This document shows, piece after piece, positions 1-7,824 of a stretch of DNA of 64,000 bases. The stretch comes from Cyanobacteria bacterium P01_A01_bin.123 (GTDB lineage Bacteria; Cyanobacteriota; Cyanobacteriia; Phormidesmidales; Phormidesmidaceae), in NCBI GenBank assembly GCA_039815185.1, contig JBCBZT010000016.1, forward strand, positions 64,001 through 128,000, written 5' to 3'. Position 1 is the first letter of the stretch. Each line of letters begins with the position of its first letter. The position numbers and the translations under genes are program-made. Below the pieces are notes generated by a model that saw only the letters and a program-made list of their open reading frames with translations, searched no databases and had not been told where the DNA came from.

Positions 1-1032
1 TAAAACATCCATTAACGAAGCTTTATTCCCAGATATAGAAGCCCATGAAGCATAGGCTTGGTGAAGTGCAGGGAGTAAACGCTTGGCCCCTAAAGCTAAA
101 GCACCCAGAACTGGCAAAGCATTTGAAACACCATTAGATGTGTAGGTTAGGCCATAGGCAATAAAGGTAATGATAACAATGCCAAGTGCCTCCATAAAGG
201 GAGCTGGGCTACTCGCTATGAAAACATTCCGCCCACTGGCATAACGCAGTGGAATATCAGATCTGCGATAAATGTCGCAGTACATAGATTGTGAATTGTC
301 TAAGAGAACATCGCGAATGCCCCCTAACCCTTCTTGTAAAGCCTTGAGAACCTGAGTAGCCTCATAAGCTATGCGCTGACTATTTCTGCTTAACTGCCGA
401 CGGGAAACTTTAGTTACTAGCACGTAACTCGTGCCAAATACTAATAGGGCAAAGCAGGCGACCCAAGGGTTAATTACGATTAAGGTTAAAAGGACTAATG
501 TAATCAGTATAAGTGCGCTTAAAAAGGTTAGAAGGCTATAAAATACAGTTACCGCAATACCTATTTTATTCATCCCTGAAATTACTTCGCTGCTATTTCG
601 CGCAACATGCACTTGATAGGGCTGATAGAGTGTGCGTTGATAGGCTTGAACACTTAGATCTGCACCAGCAGCATATGAAAGTCGAGTATTGCACCATAAA
701 AACAGTAATCTTCCGCCAGCCGCTATGATGGTGCACAGGGTAAATAACAGCGTTATGGGTAATATAAGCTGATTTGCCGAGCTAATACCTAAAACCTGAG
801 ATATAGATTGAACTAGCCTATAGTTAAACAACTGTTCAGGCTCTGTCAAAACCTGTAAGAAGGGTATAACAGCGCTTAGAGTAATGACATCCAGAAATGA
901 GCTGGACATCATTAATACAGCTAAAAGTAAGAATTGCCGTTTCCGACGCTGGCTAAGGTATTGCCAAAGACCCAATATCAGAGAAATAAGACTGGCTGAT
1001 TGACGACGAGTTTTTTTGATCTTATTCCTCAT
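1..1032 (-). CDS. ABC exporter, fused permease/ATPase type (polysaccharide-locus, HepA/MsbA-like); N-terminal part only, runs off the window edge
   Basis: Not in the ORF track. I translated both ends by hand, in the same frame: ATG at 1032 gives MRNKIKKTRRQSASLISLILGLWQYLSQRRKRQFLLLAVLMMSSSFLDVITLSAVIPFL..., and the window edge reads ...VLGALALGAKRLLPALHQAYASWASISGNKASLMDVL, typical of an ABC transmembrane domain. AT-rich by eye. Confidence 0.8.
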   Translation of the reverse strand, partial: MRNKIKKTRRQSASLISLILGLWQYLSQRRKRQFLLLAVLMMSSSFLDVITLSAVIPFLQVLTEPEQLFNYRLVQSISQVLGISSANQLILPITLLFTLCTIIAAGGRLLFLWCNTRLSYAAGADLSVQAYQRTLYQPYQVHVARNSSEVISGMNKIGIAVTVFYSLLTFLSALILITLVLLTLIVINPWVACFALLVFGTSYVLVTKVSRRQLSRNSQRIAYEATQVLKALQEGLGGIRDVLLDNSQSMYCDIYRRSDIPLRYASGRNVFIASSPAPFMEALGIVIITFIAYGLTYTSNGVSNALPVLGALALGAKRLLPALHQAYASWASISGNKASLMDVL

Positions 1033-1129
1033 TAAATTGAAAAATCTGGGTTAATTTCAAGTTTAAGATGGACTCGATACAAACTAATTAAAGTCAGGCT
1101 ATTGCTAAAAAACTTTTACTGTTCTGCCT

Positions 1130-1588
1130 TTATTTCGCAAATCTGAAATCTCTATAGCCGCCAAACTTAATCATACGTGCTTGACGACGCGTGAAGTCGC
1201 TAACTGATGGATTGCCACGATGACTAATAACCCCCGAAACCTGATTCCAAAGTTCTCTAGATATAGGATGAATTAAATAGCTGCGATCGCCTTGTTTATG
1301 AACATGATACCAAGTGGTTTCCTCGCATTCTGGGCACCAAAATGCTTCCAACCATTCCCCTTCTAGAGGTATAGTCGTTCGGCTGGCCACTAACAATAAG
1401 GCGGTTTTGCGACCCACACCTCTTGATCTCAATTGCTCGGCAGTTTCCGCAAAAAGGGGATACTTTTGACTCACGCTGTCCAGATAACAATGGTGATCCG
1501 GACAATAAATCGCCCTGCGCTTCGAGCGTTTACGATTTCGGACAGATCTATTCTGCACTACGGCCTCTTCTGGTGACAAACTAACCAT
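1130..1588 (-). CDS. Hypothetical protein with Arg-rich N-terminus and putative Zn-binding CPDHHC/CPEC motifs
   Basis: 152-aa ORF co-oriented with the ABC exporter. I recall similar ORFs next to cyanobacterial polysaccharide loci, but could not check this. Confidence 0.75.
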   Translation of the reverse strand: MVSLSPEEAVVQNRSVRNRKRSKRRAIYCPDHHCYLDSVSQKYPLFAETAEQLRSRGVGRKTALLLVASRTTIPLEGEWLEAFWCPECEETTWYHVHKQGDRSYLIHPISRELWNQVSGVISHRGNPSVSDFTRRQARMIKFGGYRDFRFAK

Positions 1589-2011
1589 TGTCGGAGATGA
1601 GGTTGCGCTGGAGAGACTGAGATCTAGTGACCATCAAAGCCCGCTCCTAAGGAACCTGACAAATATATAAATCTGCTATTCAGACGGATGACATTAGTAA
1701 AGGATAGTACAAAGAGGGAGGCACTGGGTAATCCTAAGGGTTTCTCAAGGCGTGTAGGTTTACGCCGTGTGCCAGATCAGATATCTCCACATCATTTAAG
1801 GCACCACCGCTGAAACGTTACTAGCCAAAAAGTAAATTCTATCCTTGACAAAATTAGCCGAATCTGTATCCATAAAGTGCTGAATTGCTGGATCTAACCC
1901 GGAGTTAATTTTGCTGGCGCTAGCAAAATTATCGCAAGGGTAGACTTTAAGAAGTCAAGATCCAGGGTTGATTATCTGACAGAGCATTAGCCATTTGCAA
2001 GCATATAAACG

Positions 2012-3100
2012 ATGCTGAATCCTACTAACCTATTGGTGACTGGTGGAGCTGGATTCATCGGAGCCAGTTTTACTCGATACTGGCAGCAACGCTATAACAC
2101 CAAGAAATTGGTGGTGCTAGATGCTTTGACCTATGCGGGCAATCGGGAACGGTTGGAGGAGCCGGGAAGTTCAAAGCCAATCTTGCTGATTGAGGGCAAT
2201 ATTTGCGATCGTGCCCTGATCGACACCCTCCTTCAAATGCACACCATTGATACCATAGTTCACTTTGCCGCTGAATCCCATGTGGATCGCTCAATTTTGG
2301 GACCAGCGCCGTTTATCCAAACTAACTTGGTGGGTACGTTTACGCTGTTGGAAGCATTCCGATGTTACTGGCAGGCTCAGGAGCAGCCTGGACATTTTCG
2401 ATTTCTCCAGGTTTCGACTGATGAGGTCTACGGCAGCTTAGGCGCAGAAGATCCGCCGTTTACAGAAAAAACTTCCTACGCACCCAATAGCCCCTACGCC
2501 GCGTCTAAAGCTGGGAGCGATCATTTGGTGCAGGCTTATCATCACACCTATGGTTTGCCAACCCTAATTACGAACTGTTCCAACAACTATGGGCCATATC
2601 AGCACCCAGAAAAATTGATCCCACTGATGGCAGTAAATGTCTTGATGGGTAAGCCTTTGCCCGTTTATGGTGACGGCCAGAACATTCGAGATTGGCTGTA
2701 TGTAGAAGATCATTGTGAGGCCTTAGATCAGGTGCTGCATCGGGGATTGCCTGGGGCAACTTATAACATTGGGGGGAATTTTGAAATTCGAAATCTAGAT
2801 TTGGTGATGTTGCTGTGTGATTTGATGGATGAACTGGTACCCGATTTGCCAGTGTCTCCTGCCAAGGCGCTGATCACTTTTGTTGAAGATCGCCCGGGTC
2901 ACGATCGCCGCTACGCCATGGACATCACCAAAATTCACCGCGAACTGGGTTGGTCGCCGAAGACACCTTTTCAAGAAGGGCTATGGCGATCGCTGCAGTG
3001 GTATATTGACCACACCGATTGGTGGCGTCCGCTGCTACCTGACGACTATCAACAGTTCTATGACCAACGCTATGGGAACCGCTTGGGAGGGAATGACTGA
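2012..3100 (+). CDS. rfbB: dTDP-glucose 4,6-dehydratase
   Basis: GGAGFIG Rossmann motif, HFAAESHVDRSI, STDEVYG, YAASK, NCSNNYGPYQHPEKLIP, DRPGHDRRYA. Confidence 0.95.
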   Translation: MLNPTNLLVTGGAGFIGASFTRYWQQRYNTKKLVVLDALTYAGNRERLEEPGSSKPILLIEGNICDRALIDTLLQMHTIDTIVHFAAESHVDRSILGPAPFIQTNLVGTFTLLEAFRCYWQAQEQPGHFRFLQVSTDEVYGSLGAEDPPFTEKTSYAPNSPYAASKAGSDHLVQAYHHTYGLPTLITNCSNNYGPYQHPEKLIPLMAVNVLMGKPLPVYGDGQNIRDWLYVEDHCEALDQVLHRGLPGATYNIGGNFEIRNLDLVMLLCDLMDELVPDLPVSPAKALITFVEDRPGHDRRYAMDITKIHRELGWSPKTPFQEGLWRSLQWYIDHTDWWRPLLPDDYQQFYDQRYGNRLGGND

Positions 3101-3103
3101 AGC

Positions 3104-3469
3104 TCAGCGAGCAGTCACCAAAATTACCCCAGCCATGATTAATCCCAAACCAACCATTCGTCCCAGTGAAACAGCCTCCTTGAAGACAAAAACACCCACT
3201 AGGACGGTCACAAAATAAATTAAGGAAGCTGAGGGCGCAGCCACGCTAAGCTTGACGCGGGTGAGGAGCAAAATATACGCGATCGCGCCTATGCCGTAAG
3301 ACATCAAGCCCAAAATCAATTCGGGCACGGTGATAATGCTGAGAATATGGCTAATGGCGTTGCCTGCGGTGACTTTGCCCAGTTTGAGCGCGCCCAGCTT
3401 GAGAAACAGTTGCCCGAGGGAACTAGAGAGGACGGCAACCAGTAGCAACCCAAATTCTTGCAGAGTCAA
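3104..3469 (-). CDS. Small 4-TM SMR/EamA-like transporter (ArnE/ArnF-like)
   Basis: 121 aa, four hydrophobic helices, GQLFLK and FKEAVS...GLGLIMAGV patterns. Confidence 0.75.
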   Translation of the reverse strand: MTLQEFGLLLVAVLSSSLGQLFLKLGALKLGKVTAGNAISHILSIITVPELILGLMSYGIGAIAYILLLTRVKLSVAAPSASLIYFVTVLVGVFVFKEAVSLGRMVGLGLIMAGVILVTAR

Positions 3470-3523
3470 ATCGTGGTTCTCTTTGTCAACAACTGCGATC
3501 GCATCATACAGGAGTTTTTCACC

Positions 3524-3560
3524 AAAAACCTCTCCTGGTCATCATTAGATCAGGAGAGGT
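3524..3560 (-). terminator. Intrinsic terminator downstream of sigD
   Basis: Minus strand reads ACCTCTCCTGATC-taatgat-GACCAGGAGAGGT followed by TTTT. Confidence 0.75.
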
Positions 3561-3591
3561 AAAGCAAAACTGCAAGTGGATGAGCACTACC

Positions 3592-4548
3592 CTAACTGGC
3601 CAGGTATGCACGCATTTCAGTTTGGCGCTTCCGCAGCTTAGTTAAAGCTTCACGCTCAATTTGGCGAACCCGTTCACGGCTGATGCTGAGCCGGTCCCCA
3701 ATTTTGGCTAAGGTCATGGTGCTGCCATCGACCAAACCAAATCGCAGAGACAAAACCTCTTGCTGCTGGGGCGTCAAATCAGCCATTAGCCGCTCTAGAT
3801 CAGTTTTAAGGGAAGATTGAACGGCAAAGTCCTCAGGGGATTGGCCCGTATCTTCTAGGAGATCAACCAGTTCAGTGTCTTGGTTATCACCCACTCGCAA
3901 ATCTAAGGAAAGTGGCTGCCGCGACCGCTCAAGGTATTCACGGACTTGCTTGGGTGTCAGCTCTAAAGTCTCAGCCAATTCGTGTACCGTAGCGGCACGT
4001 CCCAAGTTCTGAGAAAGCTGCCGTTGGGCTTTCTTAATTTTGTTTAGCTTTTCGGTGATGTGAATGGGCAAGCGGATGGTGCGACTCTTTTCTGCGATCG
4101 CCCGGGTAATCGCCTGACGAATCCACCAGTAAGCGTAGGTAGAGAAGCGATAGCCTTTGGCGGGATCAAACTTTTCAACCCCCCGCTGCATGCCAATGGT
4201 GCCTTCTTGAATTAAGTCCAACAGGTCAACATTGCGCTTGATGTATTTCTTTGCCACGGAAACCACCAAGCGCAAATTAGCTTCAACCATTTTGCGCTTT
4301 GCGGCTTTACCCGATCTGATCACTTGCTCAAGCTCAGATTGGGATAAATCAGCTTCCTTTGACCACTCATCTAAAGTAGGCTGGCGGTCTAAACGCTCGG
4401 TCAAAGCCTCACGGGTTTCATTCAGCCGAGAGAGCATCTTGACCTGCTTGCCAAGCAAGATTTCTTCCTCGTGAGTTAGGAGAGGTACACGACCAATTTC
4501 CTTCAAATAGGTACGAACGAGGTCAGTTGAGGTCTGAGCGGGTTTCAT
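3592..4548 (-). CDS. sigD: Group 2 RNA polymerase sigma factor, SigD-like
   Basis: [65 protein letters not shown]. Short N-terminus (no region 1.1), plus an HLR1-like box upstream. Confidence 0.85.
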   Translation of the reverse strand: MKPAQTSTDLVRTYLKEIGRVPLLTHEEEILLGKQVKMLSRLNETREALTERLDRQPTLDEWSKEADLSQSELEQVIRSGKAAKRKMVEANLRLVVSVAKKYIKRNVDLLDLIQEGTIGMQRGVEKFDPAKGYRFSTYAYWWIRQAITRAIAEKSRTIRLPIHITEKLNKIKKAQRQLSQNLGRAATVHELAETLELTPKQVREYLERSRQPLSLDLRVGDNQDTELVDLLEDTGQSPEDFAVQSSLKTDLERLMADLTPQQQEVLSLRFGLVDGSTMTLAKIGDRLSISRERVRQIEREALTKLRKRQTEMRAYLAS

Positions 4549-4642
4549 AGCGAAACGGTTTGTTGATGGATGGATAGGCTAGTAGTTCAGCCGAGAAAAA
4601 AATGTTTTTGAAGCCCATTCCTAAGGAGTGCGGTTGGCTGAT

Positions 4643-4786
4643 CTACCGATCACGACGGGGGTCAACAGGAACAGGTATTGCCTCAGGTTGATGCTCAACC
4701 GCCTGATCGGTCTGTTTCAAACGTTCTAGGGCCAGTCCGCCCAGCAATGCGGTTGTCGTAATTAAAATTGCGGTTTCAATTGTCAT
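4643..4786 (-). CDS. Small protein (47 aa) upstream of sigD: N-terminal hydrophobic helix, C-terminal PEAIPVPV-RR tail
   Basis: Manual translation MTIETAILITTTALLGGLALERLKQTDQAVEHQPEAIPVPVDPRRDR*. AAGGA Shine-Dalgarno 7 nt before the ATG. Below the ORF-track length cutoff. Confidence 0.7.
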   Translation of the reverse strand: MTIETAILITTTALLGGLALERLKQTDQAVEHQPEAIPVPVDPRRDR

Positions 4787-4815
4787 GGGACGATCCTTAA
4801 AGGGAGCAATTAAAA

Positions 4816-4839
4816 AGGTTATCTGTAAACAATTGTAAC
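4816..4839 (-). promoter_or_regulatory. HLR1-like (RpaB) direct repeat abutting a -10 element (TAACCT)
   Basis: Minus strand GTTACAAT-TG-TTTACAGA (4839-4822) has one mismatch to (G/T)TTACA(T/A)(T/A)-N2-(G/T)TTACA(T/A)(T/A) and is followed directly by TAACCT. Confidence 0.7.
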
Positions 4840-5239
4840 ACTTGCTCAGGAATTTGCCCCTGGTTTATGAGAATTCTGAAAGTTCGGCGAATTCCAGCAG
4901 ACTCCCCGCAGTTTACCGAAACATAAGTCTTCTCAATGAAAATATCTGCATCCTGACGAACAAAACGCTTTACTTTTTCTGAGAAAGTTCAACAAAAATC
5001 TATAAAAAATATTAAATGAAATAAATGCTGAACGCGATCGCATCAGATGCTGAATCTTTACAACAGGCCATAATCAACGAAGCGTCTTCGGAAACATCGA
5101 TAAAGTCTCAGCTCCATCGATCAAAGCACTATAGAAATGAGATGACGCTTCGAGGCTAGATGGAATAGTGCAATTGAACTATTCTTGAGCTCAGATCGCA
5201 ATAAGTAAATATACCTGTCAGTGTATTGCTGTCCTGATC

Positions 5240-6694
5240 TTAGGGAGCTAAGCGGGCTTTTTTAAGGCGATTGTCTTCATACCAGGTTGCGATTGCCGGC
5301 ACCCAAGCCGCAAAATGAGGCCAAATATACTCACATAGCTTTTGGGCTTCGAGTTGAGCATCAGCTTTCCAGCGCAAATCGAGCAGATGCATTAAAGACC
5401 GGACATTAGCAGAGAGCACCCAATGTTGTCGCACGTCGAAGGGAATCAGCCCCCGGGCATGTTCTTCAGAAAGCCCTTGATCGATGCGCAGTTTATAGAG
5501 CCGACAGGCTTCCAAGCACCAGTCCATGTCCTGCTGACGCTGATCTTCGGTATAGTCGTATTTTTTACCCTGGCGGTTGGTGTAAGCGCCCAGCGGCCGC
5601 AGGTAAAACACGTCTTCTACGTCTGTTTTGCCCTCAGCAACATCCAAGATCCGAGAACCTGTATACCTAAAGGAGTTGTGTACGACTGCGCCATTGGCAA
5701 CAAAGTTATGCCATTGCCCTTCAACTTCCAAGTCATAAGTCGTCTGAAAACCCAAAAACTCAACTCTTTCGACCTTGACAGGATGTGCCGCGAGTCTACG
5801 AGAAGCCGGTTGTTTCTTTTCCTTCCATTGAACCGGCAGTGTAAGCGGTTGAAAATTCTCCGCAAATTCCGATTCAAGATTCTGGCTATGTAATTTGGTG
5901 TGCAAACCTTTGTCCGATTGAGCTTGTAACCAGCCTTTCTGCGAATACAAAGCGTCTGGACGCAACAAACCATTACACATCACCTCACAGTGCTTAGTCG
6001 TTGCTAAAACACTGTGATCCTTGTCAGCGACTAATCCCACAGCATCACCCATATGCTGCCAGCCTTCCGAAGTCAAAAGGCGGTGGTTAGTTGTACAGTC
6101 TAAGGTCTTGCCATCAGCCAACGTCATCCGATATAACGGTTGCTCGCCGCTGCACATTACCGAACTCAAGTGGCTAGTTTCAAAAAAGCCTGTATCTTCA
6201 TTAAGAACTCGCAGGCTCATTTTTTTAAGGCGCTTTTTGCAATCGCGACGATACGAACCGGGGGGTTCACCATTCCGCCCTCTCACCTTGCGTTCTCTAA
6301 CAGCCTTCTCTCCGTTCTCCCATAAGTCAAATAGCGTTGAGATTGCGTACTTTTGTAAGCGGCCTGAAGCATGAACAAACGTAACTTCGGTATCGCCACC
6401 GAGACACTGCACATCAAAGCTGACCCCAACCCGATGCGTCCGGATTTGCTGCATAGTGCTGTGGGGAAACCAACCGCAGTTGAGCACGATTTGAGGATGC
6501 TCTAGGGGGCCATAGTGGCCCCTGCCGCCCTTAAGTAGATTTTTGATAATCACATCCCCACAGTCCGCTTCATCCGGGAAGCGATCGCGCTCATGCCAGA
6601 CAAACCCTTCGGCATAGTCTTGGTGCATGGCAGCGTAAATCGTTTGCTGGGGGTTTGGAGTTTGAGAAATAACTTCGACAGTAAAGCGATCCAT
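5240..6694 (-). CDS. thyX: FAD-dependent thymidylate synthase ThyX precursor containing an intein
   Basis: GHYGPLEH, the ThyX motif QIRTHRVGVSFDVQ|SFRY split by an insert, EHARGLIP, NVRSLMHLLDLR, AQLEAQ. Removing the insert leaves 240 aa. Confidence 0.93.
   Translation of the reverse strand: MDRFTVEVISQTPNPQQTIYAAMHQDYAEGFVWHERDRFPDEADCGDVIIKNLLKGGRGHYGPLEHPQIVLNCGWFPHSTMQQIRTHRVGVSFDVQCLGGDTEVTFVHASGRLQKYAISTLFDLWENGEKAVRERKVRGRNGEPPGSYRRDCKKRLKKMSLRVLNEDTGFFETSHLSSVMCSGEQPLYRMTLADGKTLDCTTNHRLLTSEGWQHMGDAVGLVADKDHSVLATTKHCEVMCNGLLRPDALYSQKGWLQAQSDKGLHTKLHSQNLESEFAENFQPLTLPVQWKEKKQPASRRLAAHPVKVERVEFLGFQTTYDLEVEGQWHNFVANGAVVHNSFRYTGSRILDVAEGKTDVEDVFYLRPLGAYTNRQGKKYDYTEDQRQQDMDWCLEACRLYKLRIDQGLSEEHARGLIPFDVRQHWVLSANVRSLMHLLDLRWKADAQLEAQKLCEYIWPHFAAWVPAIATWYEDNRLKKARLAP
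5675..6406 (-). mobile_element. Mini-intein (244 aa, residues 97-340 of the ThyX precursor), no intact homing endonuclease seen
   Basis: Block A CLGGDTEV, block B DCTTNHRLLT, block F TYDLEVEGQWHNFVANG, block G VVHN followed by +1 Ser. Confidence 0.92.
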
Positions 6695-6849
6695 AAAGCT
6701 GGGCAGGGTGTGGACGATTCAAAGGGGGATTACATCAATGACAACGGGCCAGGCAAATGCCCGAAAGACCCGTCCCCGAGTCATCAACAATATCTTTTAG
6801 AGACCCCCCAGCACAAAAATCTTGGTTTACTTTAAGGCGGGTCGCAAAC

Positions 6850-7053
6850 TTAATAGCTATCTTCGGTCACCGTCAGCAGGGCAAGCTGGTGGTTGGCATG
6901 GTTGAGTCGTTCTGCGATCGCGGTGCGCCACTTCAAGCTAACCGTCGTATCCGCTAGCACGTCTTGGGCCTGTTGCCGATAAGATGCACTCTTGACCGTA
7001 TCTACCTTTTCGAGCAGATTCAGGTTGTCATAGACCTCTTGGGGAGAAAGCAT
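6850..7053 (-). CDS. Small hypothetical protein
   Basis: 67-aa ORF with AAGGA RBS upstream, co-oriented with thyX. Confidence 0.7.
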   Translation of the reverse strand: MLSPQEVYDNLNLLEKVDTVKSASYRQQAQDVLADTTVSLKWRTAIAERLNHANHQLALLTVTEDSY

Positions 7054-7824
7054 ATCGGTTTCCTTTGAAATCGGGTTGGCATGCTAAGCGATCACCAAAC
7101 GGTATCGCACACTTCAATTTTGACGAGTTTTTTCGACCTCCACCGGAATCTTCTACGAAGTTTCACAGTGAGAGATGCAGATTCTAGATCTGCCATTCAA
7201 CTTCAAAGGACTTTAGCTTTGTTCACAAAGTCAAGTGTGCATGAATTATGTTCTAGGCATTCCCAGGCAATCCGTGATAGATAGTAATGCCTGCTGAACA
7301 ATTTAGAGGCCATAGAAGAGTCCGTAGCGTCCACAAGGGGCAGCGCCAACGTTACAAAAGTAAATGCTGGTGGGTGCGTTTGGGGCATTCCAAAACCGCT
7401 ATTTGCAAACTTTTATATCTAGCTCTGGCTATCTAAGATTTCGTTGAAACCCTTGTACCTCAAGGGAGCGCAATAAGTTTTAGAGGCAAAATAGTCCATC
7501 GCTGTCCCGTGAGCTGATCTGACAATTTCCTTAAGCACGCCTGCGATATGAATTTCTTGTTAGAAAATCTGCTTACCCCAGAACTGCTCACTGATTTGGC
7601 CCACTGATTTGACTTCATCAACAAGTCTTAAGTAGTTCCGATTTGGGATCTAAATGGCGACTTGCAGAAACGCCACAATTTTGGACTTGTTCTAAACCTT
7701 GGCCACATTCAGAGCCATGGTTGTTTGTTTAGGGCGCAGGTTTTGCACCCTACTCAAGTTTTCACATCGGATGGGGTTTAGCTTTGCATCCCTTTTCTCT
7801 GCTGTTATTGATCTCGGCAATTCA

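Noticed and set aside
4825..4838. NtcA-like GTA-N8-TAA upstream of sigD
   Set aside because: Imperfect, and better explained by the overlapping HLR1 repeat.
5078..5152. CGAAGCGTC/GACGCTTCG inverted repeat downstream of thyX as an sRNA
   Set aside because: A 9-bp stem with a long loop, and no promoter or terminator support.
7699..7824. 42-aa N-terminal extension of GltB in the ORF track
   Set aside because: It starts at a TTG with no resemblance to GltB; ATG 7825 gives the usual short propeptide before the catalytic Cys.
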